DNA from: Novakomyces olei
Lineage: Eukaryota
Reading direction: 5' to 3'
DNA length: 64,000 nucleotides
Assembly (NCBI GenBank): GCA_016906335.1
Contig: JADEYG010000007.1
Span: forward strand, 1,364,001 to 1,428,000
The translations under genes and the position numbers were made by a program. Positions 28,385-42,660 of the stretch are shown here, one piece after another. Position 1 is the stretch's first letter, and each line of letters begins with the position of its first letter. The notes under the pieces are model-generated. The model saw nothing but the letters and a program-made list of their open reading frames with translations. It ran no database searches and was not told where the DNA came from.

Positions 28385-29456
28385 ATGACGCGCCTGCGTA
28401 TAGCGTGTCTCCAGGTGAACAGCCAGCGGCGCGCGGTTCAGGCAAACATCAATACGGCAGACAGAATTCTCTCGTACTTGGCCCACAATGACCAGCTCGA
28501 CCTGCTGGTACTGCCAGAGATGGCGTTAACAGGGTACAATTACGAGTCTCGTCAAGATATCGAACCGTTCCTCGAGAACCAGAAACTGGGCGGCAGCTCG
28601 CTCGACTGGGCCGCACGTACCGCTCGCCGGCTGCGGTCTCACGTGCTCGTAGGCTATCCGGAAAAGGATTCTATTGGGAATGCGTACAATGCAGCTGCTC
28701 TGTTTGGGCGCGATGGTGGGTTACTGTACAACTACCGCAAACATTTTTTGTACGACCAGGATTACAAGTGGGCGGCTGAGGGCGATGATTTCGGGTACAT
28801 TACAGGTTCATTGCCAACGGTATGACAACTAGAAAATTAATTTAAAAGAATGGATAAAAGAAGAATTAAACGAATCAATTAAGCGAATCAATTAAACGAA
28901 TCAATTAAACGATCAATTAAATGAATGCATGATTTAATTAATTAATTAAATTAATAAATTAAAAAAGACTGAATTGAAAGAAGAATTTAATACAAATCAA
29001 ACCTAAAACTAGATTGAATCGATCATACTAACACTCAAGACTTGCATAGGCATTTGTATGGACTTGAACCCCTGCAAATTTGAGGCTCCGTTTGATGCAT
29101 TCGAATTTGCACGCCATTGCGTAGCCAAAAAAGCTCGATTGGTGTTGGCGCCTATGGCCTGGCTCTCTGCAGACCAGCAGAAGCCAGTACAGTGCACGGA
29201 TACAGCCCCAGAGGAGTCGACGGTAAGCTATTGGGCTCTTCGTATGTCGCCAATTTTAGAAATGGATACCAATACTATTTTTGTGGCCTGCAATCGATGT
29301 GGCGTGGAGGACAGTACGATATTTGCCGGGTCAACTGCAATTCTAGAGCTTACAGGGCGGTGCAGTGCTCAACGGCCTCGTATTACTCTGCATGGAGCAC
29401 TCGGTCGTAATGAAGAAGCGCTGCTGGTTCGAGACGTTGAGATTTCGGAAGACTGA
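28385..29456 (+). CDS. NTA1: Protein N-terminal Asn/Gln amidohydrolase (CN-hydrolase family); 2 exons
   Basis: LLVLPEMALTGYNY, YRKHFLY, GICMDLNP.KFEAPF..FEFA. Intron 28820-29039. Confidence 0.9.
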
Positions 29457-30083
29457 TGAGATATATATGATTTGCTCACTGATGAATAGCGTCATTGAAA
29501 AGCTGATGAGATGAGGATAGAGCATAGTTATGATATAAAGGTAAACTTATAGAGGCGCAATAGATTGTAAAAGTCTATATTATGCGACACTAAAGCAAAA
29601 GACCGCTAGTACAGTGTGGGAATGTTACTATCAAACCATGTCCACGGGTTTATAAAAGAACAGTGTTAGCGAATCATTCCCTTCAGTTTATCTGGCTCCA
29701 ACTTTATATCTACCGCCCGTAGAGCAACGCGAACGGCAAATGATAGATTGAAGCAAATCTTTGCACTTGATTTTTAGTGGCCGAGACGGTACAGTCGCCT
29801 TGCTGGCATAAGACTTAATCGTCTCGTCCATTAAAGAGTGGCAAAGTGTGTTTATGTTCGTGTTTGTGTTCATTTAATTTTTTTTTATAATATTTTTTTC
29901 TTAATATTTTCTAAACAGTTATTAAAATGTTGTAATATTTTATTTTTGTATTTTATTAACAGTTTTTAAAATGCTTAATATTTTCTTCGTTTACTCTCGA
30001 GCGTTTAACCATGTCCAGGGTTAGGGTTAGTTTAAAATAGAGGTAAATCTTTAGATTGACGCAAAGTCAAGTGTCTTTGTGCA

Positions 30084-31118
<1,035 letters not shown>

Positions 31119-31300
31119 TTCATCAGTCCTTGATATTTTAAAAAATTGGCAAAAAGATTGGCCAAAATAAACAGACAAACATGGAAAAAAAATTTAGAAA
31201 ATAAAACTTTATGGCGGCAATAATTAACCCTAATATCGAGACAAACATTTAATCAACAATTTTGCATATTACAAGTCTATTTGTCTGTATAACATTCCCA

Positions 31301-34300
31301 TTATTCCACCTTGTGCAGCAACGAAATTTCCGCTTTCCGTCGGCTCGAGGACTCGTCCAGCACATCCCGCACTTGCACGATGCACTTGTCAAACACAGAA
31401 ATCTGGATGCCACCGTACTTTAGGGTATAACTCTCCTCATCAAACTCGTCGGCATTGTCCACACGCACGAGTCCCTCGATACCAAACTTTTGGATAAAAA
31501 CGACAAACCCGTTACGAAACACTTTGATGACAAAGGCGACTTCATTCGCGATTCTGTCCTTCATCGCTTGGCCGACGTACCATTCGACAGAGGCGCGGCC
31601 GGCCAGTTGGGCCATTCTGTGCCGGTAATTAATATTCCCGGCAATATCGTCTAGTCTTTCTTTACTCTGCAACAAAGGCGAAAGTGTGCTTGCTCCAATA
31701 GCGGCAGACAGCTGCCGGTGCACTACTACGTCGGCATACCTTCTAATTGGGCTCGTGAAATGCGTGTAAATGGGAGCAGCCAGTCCGTAGTGTCTAAAGT
31801 CCGAGTATGTAAAATTGCCAGAGCAGAAATACTCGGCCGATGTCATACAGCGGGTAACCAGGATCCGCAGTAGAGTATTGAAAAACGGCTCTTGAGCATC
31901 AATGCACCCGTCCAGGCTGCGAGCGAGAGCGAGAGAGGATTCAGTGTGCAGCTGCATTCCCTTGCGTACCCTCAACATCTTTTGCAGAGCGTCAAAGTTA
32001 GTCAAAGGTGGGGACTCGTGCCTTCGCAGCATGGCAGCGTGAGGGAAAGCGGAGTAGATACGCTGGGCGACTGATATATTTGCGAGCAGCATGAACTCTT
32101 CCACCAGAGAATTAGTGGCAAAAAGTGCCTTTTGCTCAACATCGATAGGGTCAGAGGATTCAGAGTCAAACTGGATTCTGACTTCAGGACTTGCCAGGTT
32201 GAGTGCGCCTGCGTCCACACGTTTCTGCCTCAGTTTCTGTGAAAGGGACAACAAAATCCTCATTCCACGAGTCAGCTCGTCCTGCTGACGGCTATCGTCG
32301 ATACGCCGCTGAGCTGCTTCATAGGTAAAAGCCTCTCGGCTGCAGATAACTGACTTTTGAAAGCTGACACTGCACACATTTGCCTCTGCATCCAGCTCCC
32401 AAACAACGGAAAAGGCTCCGCGATCAATTTGGGGTCTCAGAGAGCAAAGGTCGGTGCCCAAAAGCATCGGCAGCATATCTATACGCTTGTCTACCATGTA
32501 CACTGTACACCCCCGGGCAGCAGCCTCCAAGTCCATTGCTGTGCCAATCCCTACAAAGTGGGAAACATCGGCAATATGGACTCCCACTTGGAAATTGCCA
32601 TTGCTCAGACGTTTAGCGTGCAGAGCATCGTCGATATCCTGACACCCGGGCGGATCGATACTGCACACGACAGCCTCCTGCCTCAGATCGACCCTGTTTT
32701 TCCAGAAACTTGTGGATACTTGCGCCTGCGTCCCGTCTACAGCTGATCCAGCTCCAGGCTTGGGCGGCACTCGCCAGCCATGGCCCTCTGTCGGCAGACA
32801 GTCGAGCACTGACTTTGCAAAGGGACGGTACTGCACATCGTACTCCAGCAAAAGTGCCTCCAACTCGGCCTCCTTGGACTCTAGTTCACCGAGAGAACGT
32901 GAAAAGTGGCCCTCCGGCGAGCGCAGGTTCACTGGCCAGGCGTCTATTGCCACTACTATACGCTTGCCCAGTAACTCTTGCGTCTGCCGGGTCCTGATTC
33001 TAATACGAGGGATCCGCTTGTCCATGGGCCGGACGTAGACATACGCAGGCGAACGGCCTCTCAATAACTGCACGGGGGCCGTTGTGGCATCTATGTGGCC
33101 CACGACTGGCCGCCAGTTTCGAGCAGCTATTCCCACTACTCGCGCTGCCGGCTGGAGGGCAGAGCTGGGTGGCTCGTGGTCGGCACTGACGATTTTTTCT
33201 TTTTTATTTGCGTCTTTACTTGCATCATCATCATCGTCCTCTAGAACAACTTGCTCAGTGGCTCCATGCCACTCGTCACGGGGTAAAAGCTCAAGGTAGA
33301 CGGAGTCTCCATGGATAGATCTGTTTAGGCTTTCCCTGCCAGAGACCAGGATCGGCCTGTCAAAGGCAGAATGCCGCATGGAACCTTGCAGTATATTGTA
33401 AGGCGACACGTCTATAATACCTCTGTATATCTGGCCCAAGCGTACACCCTCCTCCAGCCTAGAAGTCGTATAGTAGTCAGGGTAAAGTGCTGTTGCTTTT
33501 CGCTGTAATTGAAGTTGGTCTTTTGCACTTGCATCATCGTCCAGTGCGGATGAAACCATATCAAATAACTGTTCAGCTCCGGGTAACTTTGCAATATACT
33601 CTTTAAGCGAAGCCGTTGCAACTCCGCCTTGCTCCCGAGCTAAACGTCGATTCTCGGCATCGTTGGTCAATAAGAGGATTGAGGGTGCTTCATCTCCTCG
33701 TTCTTTGCCGCTAGCTAGATGGGCAGTGTACCATTTACAGGCCGCTCGAATAGCACGATCGTTGCGGTCATTTATGGTCTCTCCTTCTCGTCTGTCGATA
33801 AACGTCTCTGCATTGAAATCGTTATGGAAAACATAGAATCTTTTGGCGCCGTCTGCGACCAGGCGCCGTAACCTGTTGTACAGGTACAATGAGCGGTTGC
33901 GTAATTCATCGAGCGCAGTTTGCAGTATAATTACATCGAAAAACATGTCTGGCTTTTCTAATAAATCCATCTGCAGTATTAGAATAACAAGCAACAAGAC
34001 GAGTCAAGGTGGTATTATAGTGAAGGATTGTAGGGATGGATATGGCAATACTATACGCTGCTCACAAGCATGCCACCAAGCATGTCTACAGGCATACTCA
34101 ATACCCTAATTTTGTACAAAAAGCCACGAATCTCGAGGAAAAATAGAGAGACTTTTCAAAGTACATTAAAAATAATTCAAAACATGTAGAGAACGCAGCA
34201 AAAGAGGGACACAATGCAATTGAAGCTGATCTCGAATTCAAATATATGTTCAGGGAGGGTCTTACAGCAAGTAATAGAATGTTTGTGTCTGGTACAATAT

Positions 34301-34696
34301 AATGTGGCCGGCCGAGTCCAACGGAAGAGGGGTCCCTTGATAGTGTCTTTGCCAGACCTAGCGTAGCGAGTTAGCAATTAATTCTATATGATCATAATAA
34401 GAAAGGCAAAAGCCTGGCCACAAGCATAAATGCGGTCTAGCGACAGCATTGATGGAAAGCCAACGTCCTACCTTTCAAGCTGCTGTTGGGCATTGCTGTT
34501 GCACATTTATTGCAGTACGAAGAGCCGCAGGGAATATCATTGCGAAGATACTGTTCCCTTACAACCTGGAAGCATTAAACCTGTTCAAACTTGAAACGCA
34601 ATAGTTTACCTTTGTTACGCGGCCTCTGACATTGCGAACAAATATTTTTTGCCTCAAGTTTGAAGGCAAAAGCCGCTTTCTCTCTGTCGCCTCCAT
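31301..34696 (-). CDS. DIS3: Exosome catalytic nuclease Dis3/Rrp44; 4 exons
   Basis: ATG at 34696; KVVREQYLRNDIPC (CR3), PDTN PIN motif, SIDPPGCQDIDDALH, HFTSPIRRYAD. Introns 34566-34609, about 34358-34471 and about 33971-34265. Confidence 0.96.
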
Positions 34697-34750
34697 GCCA
34701 GGCAGGAGGATTATATTTGTTTAAAAGCTTTAAAACTTGACCACTACTAA

Positions 34751-35083
<333 letters not shown>

Positions 35084-35330
35084 TCATCGCGATATATTGT
35101 AACAAATAAATAAATATTCGATAATTGCCTTTGATCCACGTCTAGTCTTTTGCTTGTTCAACATCGCAATCGCGCAATCGGCCATTAGACTGCAGTGTCT
35201 TTGTTTTGTTTTGCTGCGATTATTTTGGAGAAAGTTTTGTTTTAAAATTCTACGGCTTAATACGTGATTTACGCGCTTGCGCCGCCAAGTGCGACGGAGA
35301 GCAAATCGATTGTACGCAAAAAGACTTGCA

Positions 35331-36878
35331 ATGTTTGGTGGAGCGCAAAATACGTACGTGGACGATTCTTCGTGGGCAGATTTGGAGCTTTCTGCACTTG
35401 GCAACGATATTTATAACTCGTCACCACCTGCACAGCAGACCGAACGGGATACCAAACATGCAGGAGATAGTATTGAGACTGGAGACGCGTCTGTAACGAA
35501 TGAAGAAGAAGAAGACGGAGGCAATCGAAATGAAGATGGTCTGGCGGATTTTGGAGACGGAAGCGATTTGGAGAGTGGGCAAATTGAACCAGACGATGAA
35601 GCTGCGATTAAAGATGAAAGCGGGAAAGATGAGAGTGCTACACAAGACGGCAATAAACAATCCGTAAATAAAGCGAACGAGACTAGGAACGAGAAAGATA
35701 GAGACGAAAACAGTGAAAACGATAGTAAAGACAAAAGAGAAGCCTGTCAGGAGACCTGTCAGGTGACGGAATTGGAGAATGAACTGGAAAATGGAAACGA
35801 TGAGGACGAAGACGAAGACGAGTCAAGACGAAGGCACGCGAGTTCTCTTGCTGAAGACGAAGAGGATGACGAAACAAAGGGCTCATATATTCCTCCCAAA
35901 GCAGAGTCAAAGTACGAATCGCTAACGGGAATGGAGCCTACGGGTCAGCTAACACCCGACGGCAGTGAGTATGTCGATACAGTAAAAGACGATCAAGGCG
36001 AACAAAAAGTAGACGCACTCGGCCACCTTTCTGGAGGTCGGCAGTACCGCTGTCGGGCTTTTCGGCTAAAATGTCACGGGGACCGTCTGTTTCATTTGGG
36101 GACGGAGGCCTCTAAAGTACTGGGCTACCGCGATTCTTACCTGTTCTTCCACAAGAATCCAATGTTGCATAAAATGATTGTAAACGAGGTCGATAAGCAC
36201 GATATGATCAACCAAAAAATTATTCCTTACTCTTTTCGCTCACGTCAAATTGGGGTAGTAACCGCTCGCAGTGTTTACCGCGTCTTTGGAGCACGTGCAA
36301 TCTTAAATGGGAGGCGCGTCGTCGATGACTATTTCGAAGCAGAGGCTCGGGCTCATGGGTTTAAGGAGAATGAGCCAGCTTACCATCGAGCACGAAGTAT
36401 CCCGGGTTCCAGAGCATGGGACAGCACAGATTCAGGATTTATTAAAAGCTCGTCCGCGTCAAGTACGCCTCTGGCCCTTGAAGATGGAGGAAGTGGAGGA
36501 GGCGATGGTGACAGGGGAAAAAGTGGGGATGGCGGGCAAAGCTCTGATGGGAAACTCTACAAGTCTGTCACGTCTAATGCTCTATCCGAGGAGCCACTAC
36601 AAGAGTTAAACCAGGGATTGAAACGACCTCGATCTTCAGCTGCTTTTGTGAGGCAAAACAAAATTGCTGGAGAATTTGGGCCAAAGTCAGAGTCCTCGTT
36701 GCTTGATGGGGCGACCCGTGACGCTATAAATTTTAATAGAGGATTGAGCAATGATCGACAGCAGAGAAGGCGGGTTTGGGAGCAGCATCTACAGAACCCA
36801 AAGAATCCGTTACAGCAAGATTTGCAAGCGGCTTATGTAACTACTGCGATTTCTTCGCCAATGGTGTATAATGGGTAG
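35331..36878 (+). CDS. NPL6: RSC/SWI-SNF chromatin remodeling subunit, Rsc7/Npl6/Swp82 family
   Basis: Acidic N-terminus, then GEQKVD..GHLSGGRQYRCRAF, LGYRDSYLFF.KN and VVTARSVYRVFGA..I.NGRRVVDDY. Confidence 0.88.
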   Translation: MFGGAQNTYVDDSSWADLELSALGNDIYNSSPPAQQTERDTKHAGDSIETGDASVTNEEEEDGGNRNEDGLADFGDGSDLESGQIEPDDEAAIKDESGKDESATQDGNKQSVNKANETRNEKDRDENSENDSKDKREACQETCQVTELENELENGNDEDEDEDESRRRHASSLAEDEEDDETKGSYIPPKAESKYESLTGMEPTGQLTPDGSEYVDTVKDDQGEQKVDALGHLSGGRQYRCRAFRLKCHGDRLFHLGTEASKVLGYRDSYLFFHKNPMLHKMIVNEVDKHDMINQKIIPYSFRSRQIGVVTARSVYRVFGARAILNGRRVVDDYFEAEARAHGFKENEPAYHRARSIPGSRAWDSTDSGFIKSSSASSTPLALEDGGSGGGDGDRGKSGDGGQSSDGKLYKSVTSNALSEEPLQELNQGLKRPRSSAAFVRQNKIAGEFGPKSESSLLDGATRDAINFNRGLSNDRQQRRRVWEQHLQNPKNPLQQDLQAAYVTTAISSPMVYNG

Positions 36879-36916
36879 GTTGAACAAGGCAGATACAATG
36901 TACATACAGAATTGTC

Positions 36917-36918
<2 letters not shown>

Positions 36919-36976
<58 letters not shown>
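36919..36976 (+). repeat. Poly(T)58 tract
   Basis: Uninterrupted T run starting 40 bp after the NPL6 stop. Confidence 0.95.
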
Positions 36977-36977
<1 letters not shown>

Positions 36978-37923
36978 TCTTTTTCTTTATATATTTGCTC
37001 TTTCTGATACCAGTCTATTTTTAATTCTAGTAATGAATGATGTGTATAAATCTCATGTTAAATACCCACAAACCCTAGTTTGTACAAATAGCCCAATATG
37101 AGGAGCACAAACAATAAAGCATAAAACCAAAATAAACGAATCCCGGACCACGACATCTTTGAAAAAGAATCTGTAGCAAGCCTCTTGATATTGCTTCTAT
37201 GAAACGGCCTTTTCTTGGCCTTTTGTTATATATACCACTAAACTCTAGACGCTTCCTCCTCTTTAAATCTCATCCTTTTGAACTCAACTCTCTAGTTGTT
37301 TCTAGGTTATAGACAAGCTCTAGATGCATGTATTTCATAGCACACGGTGTGTGCGTATGCAATATGAATAAAAAAATCAACAGCAGAAAAAGGAAGACAA
37401 AGAAAACTTTATGAGACTTCATTGGTCTCTTTGCAAAACTGTGCATATATGTGAGACCAAGAATATGTGACGTAAAAGATTAAGTACCAAAGCAATTCAT
37501 AATCATAGACCAACCATTAATAAATCCACATTCATCTATTATTTCAACATGCTTTCCACGTAAATTGCGGATTCAAAGAGAGACAAAATTAATCTGTAGA
37601 GTATAAAGACAGAAACTCCCAACCACGAATGCTCCGTTGTTAAAAGAAACAGAATGTAAGAAAAATTAAATAGAATATTAGTGGCAAAATAATAATTTTG
37701 TAGATTGTATGCGAAATGCTCGAATACTCGTTCTCTTTTACGGACCATTAATAATAAAAAGTAAAAACAAAATGAGTAAATATGAAATGAGAAAGAACAG
37801 CAATGCGCTTAATATAGCAAAAAGCCAAACAAAAAGAAGCCAATCCTCCTTGTGATGCAATTTTATTGACAATCAAAAGCAATATAGTAACAATTTTCTC
37901 CACATTCCAAAACAATCCTGCCC

Positions 37924-40578
37924 TCAGCAGCCGACAACTCCGAAATTAAATAAATTGCTGTCCGTTTCCATTTCATTTGTTGGCATAGACATGTCGAACG
38001 GATTCCCAATAGAATCCTGAGTCTCAGCTTCAAACACGGCTCCATCATCAATGTGTATTAAAGCTTCCAACTCTCGATCCCAATCTTTTAAATCCTCGTC
38101 GTCGTTACAAGTCTCTCGCTGGATTTCGGTTTTACCATCATCAGTACTCGGCCAGTCGTCGAGATTGAAAATGCTGGTTTCCCTATTGGCTTTGTGTTCT
38201 GGAGAGACGATTATGGGAAACGAAGGGGTCGCGGTAGTCCGAGCAGGCCGAGGGGAAACGACAGAAGATAGAGAAGTCAGGGAGAACTGCGACGCAAGTG
38301 GAGTTATAGGCAGAGAGCAGCTTGTACCGTTTGCGTTATTGGATGGCTGCAATGGTCCGCCCTTGTGATTTATCGGCTGCTGCTGTACGAATCTCATGGC
38401 TTTGGCTACATCCACGGCTTTTACACTCAGCCCGTTGGCCGCCATTGAAGGTGAGATTGGAGAAAGTGGAATCTGCCAGGTTTGAGATTCTCCCTCACCT
38501 TTTAGAGGAGACTTTCCATGCTGACCATTCTTGTTGATGCTCGTGTGTATATCGTTTCCACATGAAGAAATTGCGTTACCCGTCAAAGTGTCTCCATCAT
38601 TATCCGCATTGTCACCGGCATTTTGATCGTTGTTTTTAATTGTATTTTCATTATGCTCGCCATCTCTATGCCCATCTTCATTGCGGCCGAAAGCGAAGGA
38701 AGACTGTTTGCCTTGTCGAGACTCATCCGTCGCATCACTAGGCGTTGCAAGGGCAAAGTTATCTGTATCCTGTTCTGTAGTAGAAAAGCTCATACTAGCA
38801 GCAGCACGTACAGAGGCCTCAAAGTTACTCACACTCCGCTTAAGTGGCGTGACTGGTGAGCGAGCATAAGGTTGGGTTCGGAAAGAAGCTGACCCTGAGG
38901 CTGTTTTGTTGGGTGATACATTAGACCCAGAATCTGTGTAGCTTTGCGACCCTGCGCCCTGTCCAAAAGGGCTCAGTGTACTTTCGCCCATACTGCTCTG
39001 GCTCCTACTCATCCCCGTGCTCAGTGGAGAAAGCCGGGGCGGTGGTCGTCGTCTGGCACTCGCAGACGAGGCAGAGGACAGATACCCTGTAGAAGAATCA
39101 TCACGTTCAGGCCAGGGAGCAGCATACGTATTACGACGGGGCATTGTAGGCCTTGCTAGCCTAATAGAGCCGCTATTGCTGTGCAGTGAAGAGGATCGGG
39201 AAGTCCGTCCTGAGTAAATCGGCGATGGAATCGGCCGGCAGAGTGCAGATGCAGTTGTAGCGGAACCACTACCAGCACTTGGAGCAATTGAAGGCGAAGA
39301 GCAGGATGAAACTGAGGAAGAAGTTATTGAAGAAAAGGAGAGCTGTCGTGCCAAGTTGCGACGCTGATGAAGTGTCAGTTTATGTCCATCACTGTCCTCT
39401 GCGCTACTCGCAGCCCCATTAGCCGACGGAGCACGGGACATTAGGGTTAAATGGCTATCGTACTCAAAGGGATTGTAATTTTCATTCATAATCATCGGCG
39501 TAACTGTATCATACGACGCTGACGTAACATCTGACGCCTGTGAATTGCTCCGGTACATTGAAAAGGCCGCTGAGAACACGTTTTTGTCTTTTAAAGTGTT
39601 GATATAACTATTAATCCCCGATTTCGTTTCCTTTTCCTTGCCCGCATCGGCAAAAGAAGGCTGGAAAAACGGGTTGTATCCTCGTCGGGATACAGTTTCT
39701 GCAGGAGCGCCGGCGCTGTGCATAGTAGCAGTATTCATACTTTGATTGTACTGCCCAACCTGACCCTGCTGCTGGAACTTTTGGCCGTAAGCGGCAGCGG
39801 TGGCCAAGTTACGTGTAAGCACAGCATAGTTCCTTTCTCCTGCCCCGCTGAGAGCAGAGGAGGCATTAGCAGCAGCGGCTGCTAGAGTAGGAGCAGTATA
39901 GTCTGCACCGCCATGTAGAGGCGAAGAAGAGGGAGAAGACGAGGGAGAGCAAGTACTGTTGACATTAGAGGAGCCCTCTTCCTCAGCAGTCGGACAAGAG
40001 TTTGCCACTGTAGAATTCCGTGTGCGTGGGACCCGTGAGTCCTTTGTGCGGCGGTAAGCGTACCAAACCTGCACACTGCGGCCAGACATGCCCAACCGGC
40101 CAGCCAACATGTCCCTCGCGGATTTGTCAGGGTTAGGGTTTTCTATATACGCAGATTCGAGAGCGCCCAGTTGTTGAGGCGAGATTTTTGGTGGAGTCGC
40201 TGCGCTTGTAGTGTAAAAGTTAAAGCCATTGGGTACAGAATAGTCTTGGGTGAAACCGAATTCATCATCGAAATTAGTGTTTGTAGCTGTGGCATCATTA
40301 AAATTGTGATCTAGAGCGCTCGTGAAATCCAAATCAGCAAAATCAAGCTCCGCTTCATTGTCTAAATTACTGGACGATGGGATAAAGGATAGGCCGGCAG
40401 CGTCTTGAAGATCAAGGTCCAACTCTGTTGAGGCTGCCTCCAATTGCAAGTCAATTTGATCCTGTGGTTCATGGAACGGAGCCGGTTGCGGCATTTGATG
40501 GATCTTGACGTCGTTTAGAAACTTGAAGCCCTGTTAGCATTCTAGTGGCAAATATTGTAAAAGCTGTATACTCACCAT
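37924..40578 (-). CDS. Homeobox-domain protein with divergent recognition helix; 2 exons (first coding exon is ATG only)
   Basis: SPQQLGALESAY..NPNPD...RDMLAGRLGMSGRSVQVWYAYRR. ATG|GTGAGT at 40578-40570; intron 40522-40575 is in frame with the 856-aa ORF. Confidence 0.82.
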
Positions 40579-42660
40579 GGTGATAAAATCTGCCCGGATT
40601 TAAAATTTTATAAATAATGGTAAAAGTTTTCGTAAAGGCTTTTGTTTTCAGACGATTAAAAAGACAAAAAGATATGGAATCAGGGATAATGGGTTAAATC
40701 CACGCCTGTCGTGTGAGCAGACGAGTATTTGTCTGTTGATTCGGCCAAAACAAAAAGGCCGATTAGATCAAGACGGCTGTAAATAATTGAGAATGTAATA
40801 GATCAATCTGCCCAATGACCCAATTAAAGACACAGCAAAACAGTGATTTCCAAACTCTGCATTCAAGTGTCTACCGAAACAAGTTGCGCAGATGGAGCGG
40901 GTCTTGTTCCCGGAATGAAGGCCAAAATGCAATAACGGAATGGAGGGCGTAGAATATGCAAAAAGTCGAGTAATATGCTGAGAGAGATTGAGCAAAAGAC
41001 CAATGGAACCTGAGCAATCTAATGTAAGGATCTCCAATTGAGACTGAGTCTTCGTCTCATGCAAATCTAATCCAACACACACAGAGTCCAAACCTGTATC
41101 GACACACGCACAGATCAAAATCCCCGGACGCACCGTAGCAGTCTAAACTTTCTGCAGCAGCAATCTCCACTGAAGAACTCTTAACTTCTGCTGCTGCTGT
41201 CAGTATAGCTGATTTGGCGGCAAATCCGTGGTGGGAGTCAATCGGGCGTCCCGCCGGTATATGTATTGGTCAATTATTATGCTGTAGTAGTAACATAAAA
41301 GTTGGATAGACAGAAAGTGTTAATAAGGTGCCAAAAAAGTGCAATCACTCAGCCGATCCAATACATTAATAAAGGAGTAGTGTGAGGCCATCTTATTCTC
41401 TTTTGATTTGTTTTCCATTTTCTACGTATGTAGCGCGAGTATAACGCGGACGCGCGTAAAGCCCACGCAATACGGCGAACGCGTCGCCCACGCTGCAATG
41501 TGCGCTTGTTTCTCACATCGCTAAAGCGTCACATACATATCACATGCACAAGTAACGTACGGTTAATATACGAGTTTGGCATAGGGCTTGTGTTTGTGTT
41601 ATTTATTGCACTATAACGCAATTAAACTGTTATCGATACTAGATTGTTCTCTTTTGGTTTTTCAATACATATTTGATTGCTAAGTCTATATTTCTTTTGT
41701 ACTTTAATCGGCCATTTAGTTACCTTTCTGCCGAGCACGACTTGCATTGTGTGGGCGGACCGAGACCATTGTGCGAAAAACATACCGGTCTTTAGTTACC
41801 AATCCATCATCACGCATGACCCGTATCGGTCGTACTACGTGACCATTCATCCCTCTTACCTCTTGCCATCACAGTCGACTTGGACGATATTATTGACGGT
41901 CGAGTCTCGAGGGAGAAACACTAGAGGGTTATGGAGCAACAATGCGTCCATACTTTCTAGCTATTGCCTTAGGTCGTTTGCTCGCTAAATGGACTGTTAC
42001 GTTTACTTTTTATTTGTGTTTGTGTATACATTATCCATAAGTTCAACGCAACAGTAGTTACAGTTCTGTAATATAGATACGACCGAGATGGGCAAAGTAT
42101 GGCCTACACTCGGACGTTGTACCCAACTGCCGGAAACTGTGCCGAAAACTGTGCCGGGTCAAAAAACTAGCGGGCAACTGCTCCGCGAGCAGTGACGATC
42201 GTGAATATCAGCCACCAATTATTACGCGCCTTTCCAGACTTTAAGTAATATAATCAGAAATCCCTGTGTAATGTAACGGGATAAAGCATTGCAAAGGGAA
42301 GCGAGTTACACATCGGACGACTGGCTAATGCCTACAAGTGCCCGCAACATTTATTCATTTAGCGCTGTTAAATAGATTTTTGTGTACTCAAATCTTGGTC
42401 CTTTCATCTCTAATAGTGAAGAAAATTTATTACAAATTTTTTGAATTTAAATGAAGTCGCACGAAAATTTTAGTGCAAAGCATTGTTTATGTCGTATATG
42501 TATCGGTCCGTACTTTATCGATCCGTACCTGAATGTATGGGAATAATGCAGGAAGATTTATGCAGCGGACACCTTTCTAGGCCAGGATTCTTAAGGGGAT
42601 TTTTATTGCGGATAATATTATATAGGGGTACTCCGAAGCGATGGGTTGTTGGTACACTAT

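Noticed and set aside
29454-29510. Box C/D snoRNA-like TGATGA/CTGA cluster
   Set aside because: Overlaps the NTA1 stop codon, is too short, and shows no terminal stem or evident rRNA guide.
30017-30030. Telomerase RNA template
   Set aside because: The intergenic space is only about 600 bp with no other TER elements; a promoter motif is the simpler explanation.
40128-40143. TTAGGG-type motif inside the homeobox gene
   Set aside because: Explained by the ENPNPD codons on the minus strand.
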